A stretch of 64,000 nt of DNA from Candidatus Levyibacteriota bacterium (GCA_016182235.1 JACOXT010000003.1:529199-593198), one strand, 5' to 3'. Counted from the first letter of the stretch, positions 32,092 to 42,376 are shown. The notes: generated by a model from the letters alone, not told the origin. Made by a program: numbers and translations.

Positions 32092-32703
32092 ATGCCAACA
32101 AGAAAAGTTCAAAGTAAAAAAATTCAAAACCAAGGATTAGTTTCCAGACTGTTAAGTCAATTTAGACTTGGAGAGTCTTACACGAATCTTATACTTGGGG
32201 CCATAGTTGTTATCGCGATTGGAATTGCCGTTGTAATATTTGTTAAAGACAACAAACAGGAAACAAGTTCTACGACAACCGAACCAACTAACGAAAACCA
32301 GGAAGAAGCGATGGTATCTTCAACATATACTGTAAAAGTAGGAGATAGTCTATGGAGCATTTCGGAAAAAACATATAATACGGGATACAATTGGCCGGAG
32401 ATCGCAAAAGAAAATGATCTTGAAAATCCAGGATTAATTCATGCAGGAAATAAGTTAAAGCTTCCAAGTATTAAGGAAGACTTGGCGGTAAAATCAGATT
32501 CTGGGAATGTGATGTCTGAAAAATCAGTGAACGGTGCAATTACTGGGGATAAGTATACGATAAAAAAAGGCGATAATCTTTGGGATATTGCAGTAAGAGC
32601 ATACGGAGACGGATTTCGCTATGTTGAGATAGCAAAGGCAAATAATCTAGCTAATCCAAGTCTTATACATTCAGATAACGCATTAATTATTCCGAGAAAA
32701 TAA
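32092..32703 (+). CDS. Membrane-anchored double LysM domain protein
   Basis: YTVKVGDSLWSIS and YTIKKGDNLWDIA LysM repeats; SD AAAGGAG. Confidence 0.9.
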   Translation: MPTRKVQSKKIQNQGLVSRLLSQFRLGESYTNLILGAIVVIAIGIAVVIFVKDNKQETSSTTTEPTNENQEEAMVSSTYTVKVGDSLWSISEKTYNTGYNWPEIAKENDLENPGLIHAGNKLKLPSIKEDLAVKSDSGNVMSEKSVNGAITGDKYTIKKGDNLWDIAVRAYGDGFRYVEIAKANNLANPSLIHSDNALIIPRK

Positions 32704-32752
32704 AATATCTGAGATTTTTTGTGATAGAATAATCCCGAGAGAGTGATATCTC

Positions 32753-32826
32753 GCGGGATTAGTACACTGGCAGTATGCTACCTTCCCAAGGTAGAGAAGC
32801 GAGTTCGATTCTCGTATCCCGCTCCA
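32753..32826 (+). tRNA. tRNA-Gly(CCC)
   Basis: GCGGGAT/ATCCCGC acceptor, CTACC-TTCCCAA-GGTAG, TTCGATT, encoded CCA. Confidence 0.93.
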
Positions 32827-32831
32827 GAATA

Positions 32832-33737
32832 TTAGCTGGCTATAAATGGCATGGGATGGTTGGTTTTCTTGGGAAGGATTTTTTCTACGAGTTCTGTATA
32901 TTTTTTGGGGTTTGATACATTCAACAAATAAATCTTCTCCTTAAGCGCAGGATCGTATAGCTCTATTGTTCCGTAATTAAAAAGCTTGCCAAAAAAAGAT
33001 TGCTCAAATGAAATGGCTTCCACAAAATTACATTCATATTTTTCTTTTTTCTTGCTAAAAATAATTCCGCTATGTCTTACAACTCCCTCTTTCGAAACCT
33101 CTGTGTACTCAAAGTGCCATCTCGCAACAATAAAAAAAATAATTACAATATTAAATACAAGAAGCATGACAAGCGCAACCAAATACAAAGAGAATGCACC
33201 GGTAATCCCAATATAGCTGCCTAAAAGCGAGATCAATCCAACAATAAGTGCAAATGAGACCACAAAGATGATCTCGGAGACAATTATCCTTATGGCTATC
33301 AATGCTGTACTTTCTCTCAATGTAATTTTATTTAACTCGGGATTTATTGCTTTTGACGAAACCTCTAACTCTTTAGCCGCTTTAAGCCGCGTATCTATTC
33401 TCGCAATTAGTTCTTCAGGGGCAAATGGTTTAGTCATGTAGTCGTCCGCTCCTATTTGCAAACCACGCACAACATCGGAAGAAAGAGATTTCCCAGTTAA
33501 CGCAATCACAGCTATTTCCGGATGAGTCTCTTTAATCTTGACGCATACTGTTTCCCCTGAGACTTTTGGTATCACAAAATCAAGAACAACCAGGTCCGGA
33601 TGACCTTGCTCTACAATACTCAAGGCTTCAGCACCGTCCGATGCCTCAAGCACCTTAAAGTTGTTATCAACCAGGATTTTTCTTAAAGAGACTCTAATAT
33701 CATCATTGTCCTCGACGATAAGGATACATTTCTTCAT
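32832..33737 (-). CDS. Response regulator receiver fused to TM segments and a bacterial PH-like domain
   Basis: ILIVEDN, LVVLDF, GADDYMTKPF; then two TMs and EQSFFGKLFNYGTIEL. Confidence 0.75.
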   Translation of the reverse strand: MKKCILIVEDNDDIRVSLRKILVDNNFKVLEASDGAEALSIVEQGHPDLVVLDFVIPKVSGETVCVKIKETHPEIAVIALTGKSLSSDVVRGLQIGADDYMTKPFAPEELIARIDTRLKAAKELEVSSKAINPELNKITLRESTALIAIRIIVSEIIFVVSFALIVGLISLLGSYIGITGAFSLYLVALVMLLVFNIVIIFFIVARWHFEYTEVSKEGVVRHSGIIFSKKKEKYECNFVEAISFEQSFFGKLFNYGTIELYDPALKEKIYLLNVSNPKKYTELVEKILPKKTNHPMPFIAS

Positions 33738-33869
33738 AACATTCAAATTATATAACTTAAACAATATTAATTCATACTTTTAAGTTACATGTTGGCATAT
33801 TGAACTATTATTTTCAATATCCTATACTGGAGGAGTAAGCTCGAGTCGTGAATATAATTTTGATTCTGT

Positions 33870-35102
33870 ATGGAAAAAAATTTTTCAGAGCAGGACAAAT
33901 TGTATAGCCGTCTGTATAGCTATTCGAAAAAGTATATCCCATATAAATGGTTGGGTAAGCTCGGTTTAGACAACATAAATCAACAACAGATTACGCATTT
34001 ACTTACTTCTTACGGACTCCCGGTAGTTCTAAGTACTATAGCCCTCCTCACAACGTACATATTTAAGTTTTATCCCGATAAAATACCTTTTTATATGCTC
34101 TATTCTATCTTCGTTGCGTTAAGCAGTTGGTATGGGGGATTAGGAGGAGGTGTTTTAACAACGGGAATTATTGCATCAGGAGTTGTTTTTTTCTTATCCA
34201 GCAATATTCAATATGAATTAACTGGTTCTCTGTTAATCGGACTTTTGAGTTTTATTGTAAGCGCTGTTACGGTAAGTTTTCTGATTGGTACCGCCAGACG
34301 AACAAATGAGATAAAAAAATTTAAAGAGCAGGAGAAAGCCTATTCGCAAACCTTCACTCAATTATTTGGCGAGCATATCAAAGCCCGAAAAGAGATTAAG
34401 GCAAGGGATGAATTTCTTTCTATAGTATCCCACGAACTAAAAACACCTCTGACCTCAATGCTTTTGAAGCTTCATGGCATGCTCAATAGCGTTTACAATG
34501 TCTCTCTTGCGAATTTTTCCGTTCGGGAGCTAATGCAGGTATTGGAAAATGCTGAAAAGCAAATAAAGTGGCTGACGGCAATGATCAACGATCTTATTAA
34601 CGTATCTTTGATTACAACCGGACGAATGAATTTAAAGATAGAAGACGTTGACCTCGTTGGAACAACAAATCGAGTTTTACAAAACTTTTCAGAACTCTTA
34701 AAACGCGAGAAATACAAAATCAGAATTGAGGCTAAATCCCCAGTTGTTGGACGGTGGGACGAAGTTCGTATTGAACAGGCGATCACAAACCTTGTCTCAA
34801 ACGCGATTAAGTACGGTCGGGGTGAGCCTATTGATATTAAAATTTTAAAAACCGGAGATTCTGCTAGATTTATTATTCAGGATCGGGGAATCGGCATTCA
34901 TCCCAATGAACAAAAGGTTATTTTTGATCTTTTTAAACGCGCGGAAGAACAAAATGGCAACCACAAGGGACTTGGGGTAGGTCTGTACATCACCTCTCAG
35001 ATTGTAAAAGTCCATGGGGGCAGTATAAGAGTATCAAGCGCGCCAATGAAAGGATCCTTATTTACCATAGATTTACCGCTTAATCAGAGCGTGAAAGAGT
35101 AA
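33870..35102 (+). CDS. Membrane sensor histidine kinase
   Basis: SHELKTPLT H-box, NLVSNAIKY, DRGIG, GLGVGL. Confidence 0.92.
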   Translation: MEKNFSEQDKLYSRLYSYSKKYIPYKWLGKLGLDNINQQQITHLLTSYGLPVVLSTIALLTTYIFKFYPDKIPFYMLYSIFVALSSWYGGLGGGVLTTGIIASGVVFFLSSNIQYELTGSLLIGLLSFIVSAVTVSFLIGTARRTNEIKKFKEQEKAYSQTFTQLFGEHIKARKEIKARDEFLSIVSHELKTPLTSMLLKLHGMLNSVYNVSLANFSVRELMQVLENAEKQIKWLTAMINDLINVSLITTGRMNLKIEDVDLVGTTNRVLQNFSELLKREKYKIRIEAKSPVVGRWDEVRIEQAITNLVSNAIKYGRGEPIDIKILKTGDSARFIIQDRGIGIHPNEQKVIFDLFKRAEEQNGNHKGLGVGLYITSQIVKVHGGSIRVSSAPMKGSLFTIDLPLNQSVKE

Positions 35103-35374
35103 AAGTATTTTTTCTCTACTCTTCCATTTCTAATCTTAATTCCATCTTTTTCCAAAAGTTTTTTCTTCGATTTTAATCCTCCATCACCGCTATAGCCGCA
35201 AAGTCTGCCATCGGACGCTACTACTTTATAACAAGGATAGTTATAGGGATCAGGATTGCCTGCCATAATTCTCCCAATCGCTCTTGGAGAAGTATGACAA
35301 ACTCTCGCCAGTTCTTTATAAGTCACAACTTTCCCCTTCGGAATTTTCTTAAGCATTAAAACCGCTTTGTGCAT
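35084..35374 (-). CDS. MGMT/Ogt family alkylated-DNA repair protein (C-terminal domain only)
   Basis: IPKGKVVTYKELA, PRAIG, YPCYKVV. Confidence 0.85.
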   Translation of the reverse strand: MHKAVLMLKKIPKGKVVTYKELARVCHTSPRAIGRIMAGNPDPYNYPCYKVVASDGRLCGYSGDGGLKSKKKLLEKDGIKIRNGRVEKKYFYSFTL

Positions 35375-35455
35375 AAGATTATTCTATCAGACTTCACAAT
35401 ACGAAGTGTCCATTTTCTCAGTTGACGTTGACAACCTATTTTGATAATATAAATC

Positions 35456-37105
35456 GTGCACACTAAATATATTTTTGTTTCGGGGGGAGTAATATCCGGA
35501 ATCGGCAAAGGTACTTCCGCAGCCTCTATTGCTCTTCTTCTTAAGTCCTCAGGTCTTCGAGTCGCTCCAATCAAATTCGAAGGATATTTAAATATTGACG
35601 CCGGAACAATTAATCCTATAGAGCATGGAGACCCGTTCCTTTGCGAAGACGGCACGGAAGGAGATATGGATCTTGGCTCCTACGAAAAGTTCTTGGATGA
35701 AGACATGGGAAAAGACAATTTTGTCACGATGGGACAAGTTTATCAACATATAATAGAAAAAGAGCGAAGATTTGAATATAACGGAGAAGACGTAGAAGCG
35801 GTTCATATAAGTAACGAGATCATAGGAAGAATTAAAAACGTCGCGAAGAAAAAACAGGCTGATGTAGTTGTTATAGAATTGGGAGGAACGGCAGGGGAGT
35901 ACTGGAATGTATTTTTCTACGAGGCTTCAAGAATTCTTTCTCTAAAAAATCCCGGAGATGTAATTCATGTGCACGTAAGCTACCTTCCTACCCCTCACCA
36001 TCTGGGAGAACCAAAAACAAAGCCGACTCAACTTTCTGTCAGAACATTAAATTCTTTGGGAATTCAGCCTGATTTTATTATAGCGAGATCGGAAAAGTAT
36101 TTCGACCAAAGAAGAAGAGAGAGATTCGCGCTTTTCTGCAATATGCGCTCCGATGATATTATATCCGCTCCGGATGTCTCTATTATCTATGAGATTCCTC
36201 TTTTACTTCACGAGCAGGAACTGGACAAAAAAATACTCAAAAAACTCGATCTGAAAATCTCAAGTCCCAAACTAGATGATTGGAAAAAGTTTCTTGAAAA
36301 AGTAAAAAATAAAAAACAAAAAAACGTAGAAATTGCAATAGTTGGAAAATATTTTGGGACAGGCGATTACCAGATTAGAGATTCTTATGCCGCGCTTTTT
36401 GACGCTATAGATCACGCGGCCTGGCAGCTAAATGCTAATATAAAAACTCGCTGGATAAGCGCTCAAAATCTCGAGACAAAAGATCCGAAAATGGTAATTG
36501 GAAATCCAGATGGAATTATTGTACCAATTGGTTGGGGAGAAAGGGGCGCTGAAGGAATGATCAAAGCCGCCTCTTTTGCCCGGGAAAATAAAATCCCATA
36601 TCTTGGTCTTTGTTACGGAATGCAGCTTGCGACAATCGCTTACGCTCGGGATATTTTGGGATGGAAGGATGCGAATACAACAGAGAATGATCCGAAAACC
36701 AAACACCCGATTATTACCCTTATGCCAAAACAGAAAAAATTTATGAAAAAGAGAGCCTATGGAGGAACAATGAGACTAGGAACATGGAATGCTATTGTTA
36801 AGAACAACACGGTTGCCTATAAGCTATACGATAAATACAACGGATTCCTTGATAAGAATAAAAATCTTACAAGCGAGAGACATAGACATAGATACGAATT
36901 CAATAATAAATATACAAAAGAGTTTGAAGATAAAGGATTTGTATTTAGCGCAAGATCGGTTGAGGAAAATTTAGTTGAAATTATTGAACTTCCAAAATCT
37001 CTCCACCCATTTTATCTCGGGACTCAGGGCCATCCCGAATACAAAAGCAGGCCTCTGAAACCACATCCGATATTCTTAGGCTTTATCCAAGCCTGTATGT
37101 TATAA
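35456..37105 (+). CDS. pyrG: CTP synthase
   Basis: GGVISGIGKG, KTKPTQ, GLCYGMQ, ERHRHRYE, HPE. Confidence 0.96.
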   Translation: MHTKYIFVSGGVISGIGKGTSAASIALLLKSSGLRVAPIKFEGYLNIDAGTINPIEHGDPFLCEDGTEGDMDLGSYEKFLDEDMGKDNFVTMGQVYQHIIEKERRFEYNGEDVEAVHISNEIIGRIKNVAKKKQADVVVIELGGTAGEYWNVFFYEASRILSLKNPGDVIHVHVSYLPTPHHLGEPKTKPTQLSVRTLNSLGIQPDFIIARSEKYFDQRRRERFALFCNMRSDDIISAPDVSIIYEIPLLLHEQELDKKILKKLDLKISSPKLDDWKKFLEKVKNKKQKNVEIAIVGKYFGTGDYQIRDSYAALFDAIDHAAWQLNANIKTRWISAQNLETKDPKMVIGNPDGIIVPIGWGERGAEGMIKAASFARENKIPYLGLCYGMQLATIAYARDILGWKDANTTENDPKTKHPIITLMPKQKKFMKKRAYGGTMRLGTWNAIVKNNTVAYKLYDKYNGFLDKNKNLTSERHRHRYEFNNKYTKEFEDKGFVFSARSVEENLVEIIELPKSLHPFYLGTQGHPEYKSRPLKPHPIFLGFIQACML

Positions 37106-37112
37106 TACCAAT

Positions 37113-37403
37113 ATGATAGTTAAAATTAACTTCGTTCCCGGAGATACTATTCGAGTCTCTGAAAGAGTGAAAGAGGGAAATAAACACAGGATTCAAGTTT
37201 TCGAAGGCGTTGTTTTAGGCCTTAGGGGCAGGGGAGAAAACAAGAGCTTTAGCGTTATGAAAAGAGTCGGAGATGTTGGAGTTGAAAAAATTTATCCACT
37301 TATGTCTCCTAATGTTGAAAAGGTTGTGGTCAAAGAACATTCGAAAACAAAAGTGAGAAGAGCAAAACTCTTTTACAAACGTTTGCCCCGCAAGAATCCT
37401 TAA
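37113..37403 (+). CDS. rplS: 50S ribosomal protein L19
   Basis: FVPGDTIRV, RIQVFEGVV, VRRAKLFY. Confidence 0.93.
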   Translation: MIVKINFVPGDTIRVSERVKEGNKHRIQVFEGVVLGLRGRGENKSFSVMKRVGDVGVEKIYPLMSPNVEKVVVKEHSKTKVRRAKLFYKRLPRKNP

Positions 37404-37784
37404 GTGAAAATAGCAAACCCGATCGCCAAATTTGGTGAAGATAAGGCCTGCGAATACCTCAAAAAACTAGGTTATAAAATTGTTGAAAGAAACTTCAGGA
37501 AAGGATATGGGGAAATCGATATTATCGCAATCGAAGAGACTGAAAAGGATGGGAAAATTTTAGTTTTTATCGAAGTAAAAACAAGAACATCTGATAGTTA
37601 TGGCACGCCGCTTGAAGCAATTACTTATTGGAAATTGAAAGAAATTGTTAAGACTGCACAGTTTTACAAAATGATCCATCCTAAGCTCCCTGAAAGTCTC
37701 AGAATTGACGCGGTGTCTGTTACCTTGTTAAATGGTAGTGAGGTTGAAAAAATCGAATTAACAAAAAACATCAGCGGATTTTAA
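37404..37784 (+). CDS. YraN family endonuclease
   Basis: GEDKACEYL, GEIDII, LVFIEVKTR, RIDAV. Confidence 0.88.
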   Translation: MKIANPIAKFGEDKACEYLKKLGYKIVERNFRKGYGEIDIIAIEETEKDGKILVFIEVKTRTSDSYGTPLEAITYWKLKEIVKTAQFYKMIHPKLPESLRIDAVSVTLLNGSEVEKIELTKNISGF

Positions 37785-39793
37785 TAAGTGGTTAGTTTGA
37801 GGCGTTTTATTTGGTCCCGAATCATTGCGGCTTTTTCAAAACTTAGATTTTGCGCGGCTTCTTTCATTTCAAGTCTAAGTCTTTTTATCAGTATCTCTTT
37901 CTCATCAGGCAGTATTACCTCTTTTTTGGAAAGATTGAGGAGAAAATCCAAATTATCTTTATTTTTAGAATCTTGCGATAAATCTTCGTCAATCAATTTT
38001 GCCCTTATTCTTTTTTGAATTCCTATCGGAGTCTTATTAAATTTTTTATTGTAAGCAATCTGGATATTTCTCCGTCTTTCTACTTCAGAAATTGCGCTAC
38101 TCATTGATTTTGTAACTGTGTCCGCGTACATAATAACAGAAGAGTCAATGTGGCGTGCCGCTCTTCCCATTGTTTGGATAAGCGAAGTTCTGCTTCTTAA
38201 GAAACCTTCTTTGTCAGCATCAAGTATTGCGATCAGAGAAACTTCTGGTAAATCCAACCCCTCACGAAGTAAATTTATTCCAACAACTACGTCGTATTCT
38301 CCTTCCCGCAATTTATCTAAAATATCCTGCCTTTCAAGAGTTTGAATATCCGAATGAAGGTACGCGACTTTTATATTGTTATCCTCAAGATAAGATGCCA
38401 GTTCTTCAGCCATTCTTTTCGTAAGCGTTGTTATTAAGACTCTTTGTTTTTTTGAAACTCTTTTTTTTATTTCAGAAATTAAATCTACGATTTGTCCAGA
38501 CGTTGGTTTAATAGTAATTTTAGGGTCTACAAGATTGGTTGGGCGGATAAGCTGTTCAACAACAGCGTCATTTTCCTTCGAGAGCGATAGCTCATATTCA
38601 TCAGGGGTAGCGCTAACATAAATTATCTGATTTAATCTTTGCATCAACTCCAGAAATTTTAATGGCCTATTGTCAAGAGCGGACGGCAAACGAAAACCAT
38701 AGTCAATTAAAGTTTGTTTTCGCGACCGGTCGCCATTGTACATTCCTCTTAATTGCGGGAGAGAGATATGGGATTCATCAATAATGCACAAAAAGTCTTT
38801 ACTTGAGGCGTGATGGAAGTAGTCAAGGAGTGTGTAAGGAGGTTCCCCTGGAGATCGTCCGTCAAAGTATCTCGAATAGTTTTCTATTCCGTTTACATAA
38901 CCTATTTCTTTTATCATCTCAAGATCAAAATTTGTCCGCTGTGTAAGTCTTTGCGCCTCCAAAATTTTGCCGGAACCCCTAAGCATCCCGACTCTTTCTT
39001 CTAAATCATGCCGGATTCTTGGGAATACATCTACGTAAGAATTTGGATCTGTCATATAATGTTTGGCAGGATAGATAACAGTGTTTTTTAGAATATTAAT
39101 TGTATCTCCGGTTAAGGGGCTAAATTCTGAAATAGATTGTATTTTGTCATTTTTAAGCTCTATTCTTAGCCCGGTGTCTTTGTAGGCCGGGAAAAGATCT
39201 ATTGATTCTCCTCGTGTCCTAAAACTTCCCCTTTCAAACGCGTACTCATTTCGCTCATACTGCAGATCCGTCAAACGCATAAGAATTGCCTTAATTGTCA
39301 CTTTCATCCCGCTTGCCAGCTCCAAAACAAACTTTCCATACTCAACAGGGGAGCCTAAATTATAGATACATGAAACTGAAGCCACAACAATAACGTCTTT
39401 ACGCGTCAGAAGATTCGTAGTTGCTGACAGTCTCAATTTATCTATTTCTTCATTTATCTCTGCCTCTTTTTCAATATAAGTGTCAGATTGCGGAACATAT
39501 GCTTCCGGTTGGTAATAATCATAATATGAAACAAAATATGAAATCGCGTTATTTGGAAAGAAATCCCGAAACTCCTGATAGAGTTGTGCCGCGAGGGTTT
39601 TGTTGTGAGAAATAACAAGAGTTGGTTTTTGAATACTCGCGATAACATTTGCCATGGTAAATGTTTTGCCGCTTCCCGTGACTCCAAGAAGCACTTGATG
39701 ACGCATGTCTTTTTGCAAATTATTAACTAATTTCTCAATAGCTTCAGGCTGGTCCCCTGTTGGCTTGAAATCTGATACAAGCTGAAACTTCAT
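37781..39793 (-). CDS. uvrB: Excinuclease ABC subunit B
   Basis: PTGDQP, GVTGSGKT, YYDYYQPEAY, GRAAR. Confidence 0.97.
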   Translation of the reverse strand: MKFQLVSDFKPTGDQPEAIEKLVNNLQKDMRHQVLLGVTGSGKTFTMANVIASIQKPTLVISHNKTLAAQLYQEFRDFFPNNAISYFVSYYDYYQPEAYVPQSDTYIEKEAEINEEIDKLRLSATTNLLTRKDVIVVASVSCIYNLGSPVEYGKFVLELASGMKVTIKAILMRLTDLQYERNEYAFERGSFRTRGESIDLFPAYKDTGLRIELKNDKIQSISEFSPLTGDTINILKNTVIYPAKHYMTDPNSYVDVFPRIRHDLEERVGMLRGSGKILEAQRLTQRTNFDLEMIKEIGYVNGIENYSRYFDGRSPGEPPYTLLDYFHHASSKDFLCIIDESHISLPQLRGMYNGDRSRKQTLIDYGFRLPSALDNRPLKFLELMQRLNQIIYVSATPDEYELSLSKENDAVVEQLIRPTNLVDPKITIKPTSGQIVDLISEIKKRVSKKQRVLITTLTKRMAEELASYLEDNNIKVAYLHSDIQTLERQDILDKLREGEYDVVVGINLLREGLDLPEVSLIAILDADKEGFLRSRTSLIQTMGRAARHIDSSVIMYADTVTKSMSSAISEVERRRNIQIAYNKKFNKTPIGIQKRIRAKLIDEDLSQDSKNKDNLDFLLNLSKKEVILPDEKEILIKRLRLEMKEAAQNLSFEKAAMIRDQIKRLKLTTY

Positions 39794-39850
39794 AGACTTT
39801 ACATTTTATCATATCTATAAGATGGGATAAATTGACATACTTTGTGCTGA

Positions 39851-39891
39851 TTTGTCATCTTGACAAAATACTCGAACATTTCGTATAAAAT
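39851..39891 (+). promoter_or_regulatory. lexA promoter with overlapping palindromes (candidate SOS operator)
   Basis: TTGACA (39860) then TATAAA (39884); palindromes TTTGTCA-tct-TGACAAA (39851-39867) and CGAA-cat-TTCG (39873-39883). Confidence 0.55.
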
Positions 39892-39896
39892 ATATT

Positions 39897-40523
39897 ATGC
39901 CAGGAGTATTATACAAAAAGGAACGGGATCTATTAGAATATCTTGCACAGTTTCAAAGGCAATATGGATATTCTCCAAAACTGCACGAGATCGCGCAGGC
40001 AACGGGACACAGAAGCAATTCTACAGTACACGCAATAATTAAATCACTTGTTGAGAAAGGATATATTCAAAAAGTCGACGGTAATACAAGGGTTCTCAAG
40101 ATAATTGATCAGAAAATTTCTAATACTCTTTTGGGAAGTCATCCGGCTATTGATTTACCTTTGATGGGATATATCGCGGCGGGTAAACCCCTGGAACCCC
40201 ATACCGATCCGAATGCTTCTTTTCAGATCTCAGCATCAATGATTTCGGGCAAAAAAACAGCTTATGTTTTACAGGTAAAGGGTAATTCAATGATAGAGGA
40301 TGGAATTTTGGATGGGGATTTTGTCGTCATAGAAAAAGCGGACGCCGCCTCAAACGGAGATATAGTCGTAGCGCTTGTTGATAACAATCTCGCGACTCTT
40401 AAAAGATTTTATAATGAAAACGGTAGAGTTGCTCTGAAACCCGCCAATTCAGAAATGGCGCCTATTTACCCCAATACCCTAACAATTCAAGGCAAAGCAG
40501 TTGGACTGGTCAGGAGATTCTAA
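39897..40523 (+). CDS. lexA: SOS repressor LexA
   Basis: wHTH N-terminus, IAAGKP cleavage site, GNSMI Ser, TLKRF Lys. Confidence 0.93.
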   Translation: MPGVLYKKERDLLEYLAQFQRQYGYSPKLHEIAQATGHRSNSTVHAIIKSLVEKGYIQKVDGNTRVLKIIDQKISNTLLGSHPAIDLPLMGYIAAGKPLEPHTDPNASFQISASMISGKKTAYVLQVKGNSMIEDGILDGDFVVIEKADAASNGDIVVALVDNNLATLKRFYNENGRVALKPANSEMAPIYPNTLTIQGKAVGLVRRF

Positions 40524-41240
40524 TTGGGAACACTATACATTGTAGCAACTCCAATAGGGAATTTAAAAGACATAACTCTCAGAGCGCTTGAAGTTCTCGA
40601 TAAAACAGAAATAATTGCTTGCGAAGATACAAGACGCACAGGTCTTCTTCTCTCATCCATTCGTCATTCTGGTAAGCCGATGGCGCATCCAGAATCCGAG
40701 AATAATAAACCGACACTCCTTTCCTACTTCGAACAAAACGAGCTTAAAAGAATTCCTCAGATTTTAAATGCTTTACATAACGGGATTGATGTTGCTCTTG
40801 TTTCTGACGCCGGAACTCCGACTATCTCAGATCCCGGATTTAAGTTAGTTAGGGAGTGTGTTAAAGAGGGGATAAAAGTTGAATCAATTCCGGGACCATC
40901 GTCAACAATAACAGCGCTTGTTGTTTCCGGATTGCCGACTGACAAGTTTTTGTTTTTGGGATTTCTTCCCCAGAAACCGGGACATAGAAAAAAATTGTTA
41001 AGGAACGTTTTGGACTCGCAGAAATTTGTCAAATCAACAGTTATTCTTTTTGAATCTCCCCACAAACTAATTACAACACTTTCTGAAATAAAAGAGATTT
41101 TTGGAGATATAGATATTGTCATTGCCCGCGAATTAACAAAAATCCACGAAGAAATTCGCCGCGAAAAAATATCAAAGTCAATTGGGCATTTCCAAAAAAC
41201 CAATCCTAAAGGAGAATTCGTAATCTTATTCCACTTATAG
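40524..41240 (+). CDS. rsmI: 16S rRNA C1402 2'-O-methyltransferase
   Basis: LYIVATPIGNLKDITLRA, CEDTR, SDAGTPTISDPG, RELTKIHEE. Confidence 0.93.
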   Translation: MGTLYIVATPIGNLKDITLRALEVLDKTEIIACEDTRRTGLLLSSIRHSGKPMAHPESENNKPTLLSYFEQNELKRIPQILNALHNGIDVALVSDAGTPTISDPGFKLVRECVKEGIKVESIPGPSSTITALVVSGLPTDKFLFLGFLPQKPGHRKKLLRNVLDSQKFVKSTVILFESPHKLITTLSEIKEIFGDIDIVIARELTKIHEEIRREKISKSIGHFQKTNPKGEFVILFHL

Positions 41241-41284
41241 CTAACCATAGTGTAATTTTACACAAGATATAATATAATCCACCT

Positions 41285-42313
41285 ATGGTAAATAACCTAT
41301 CAAAAGATGAGGAAAAAATCCTTAATTCTATAAAAGTTGCTTCTGAAAACGATCCAACCAAACCCGAATTTCCGCCAGATAATCCCAAGTTCCCTGCTAC
41401 ACCAACTTATAAAATAAAAGTTCCTGGGTTCTCAAACGTTTGGCTTAAAGATGAAAGTATAAACAAGTACAGCGGTACTCACAAAGATAGATTAGCTTGG
41501 GAAGTAGTAGTTTTATATCGAAATTTTTTAATTGCCAAAAAAAGAGAGCAGTTAAAGGGTAGCCTTCCAATATTTTCGATAATTTCTTCAGGATCAGCCG
41601 CAATTGCTATTGGTCGTATGCTTAGAAATTATCATCTTCCAAAGCTTAATGTATTGGTTGATACTAACTTAGATCCAAAAACATATGAGGCAATTAAAAC
41701 ATCTCATTGTCGAGTATTTAAAACAGATTTGAGAATAAAGCCATTTTCTACAAAAGAAATTCTATCTTTAACAGATAATGAAGAGGGATTTGATCTAACA
41801 TCTAATCAAGGTGTGGGCCTGGAAACAGGCAATTTTGATTGGATGAGTTATGAGATTCTCAACATATCTCCTGACTATTGTTTTATTCCTTTTGGCACTG
41901 GTACTTTATTTGAGAAAGTCTTAGAAATAAATAAGCTTGAGGTAGCATACTCAAAACACGATCCGAGATTTACTGGAAACATTAATAAACTAGCTAATTG
42001 CAATTTCATGGGCGCAACAACAAAGTACCCGAGTTCCAAAGCTGATAAGTTATTTGCTTACCATTTACCTTTTTCTAAGATCGATGAGGAAATGATAAGG
42101 TTTTATATAACTTCAGGGTTTTGCGGTACACAAACCGGAATTTACCTAATAAAAGAAGCTTTCCTTGAAAGGGCAATAGGAGTAGTAAAATCTCAGGAAA
42201 TTCTATTTGAACCTTCTGGCATCGCAGGCCTTGCTTTGATGCTGCAAATGAGAGATAAACTACCAAAAAATAAAAAGATGCTAATAATCAACACGGGAAA
42301 AACCAAACTATAA
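41285..42313 (+). CDS. PLP-dependent fold-type II enzyme (threonine synthase/cysteine synthase-like)
   Basis: WLKDES, SGTHKDR Lys motif, SSGSAA, PFGTG, EPSGIAG, NTG. Confidence 0.75.
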   Translation: MVNNLSKDEEKILNSIKVASENDPTKPEFPPDNPKFPATPTYKIKVPGFSNVWLKDESINKYSGTHKDRLAWEVVVLYRNFLIAKKREQLKGSLPIFSIISSGSAAIAIGRMLRNYHLPKLNVLVDTNLDPKTYEAIKTSHCRVFKTDLRIKPFSTKEILSLTDNEEGFDLTSNQGVGLETGNFDWMSYEILNISPDYCFIPFGTGTLFEKVLEINKLEVAYSKHDPRFTGNINKLANCNFMGATTKYPSSKADKLFAYHLPFSKIDEEMIRFYITSGFCGTQTGIYLIKEAFLERAIGVVKSQEILFEPSGIAGLALMLQMRDKLPKNKKMLIINTGKTKL

Positions 42314-42376
42314 TTTCTTATTTCACCAGATGAGGCTCTCTTGTACTACTTAAAATATTAGTTTAGAATCTTATAT

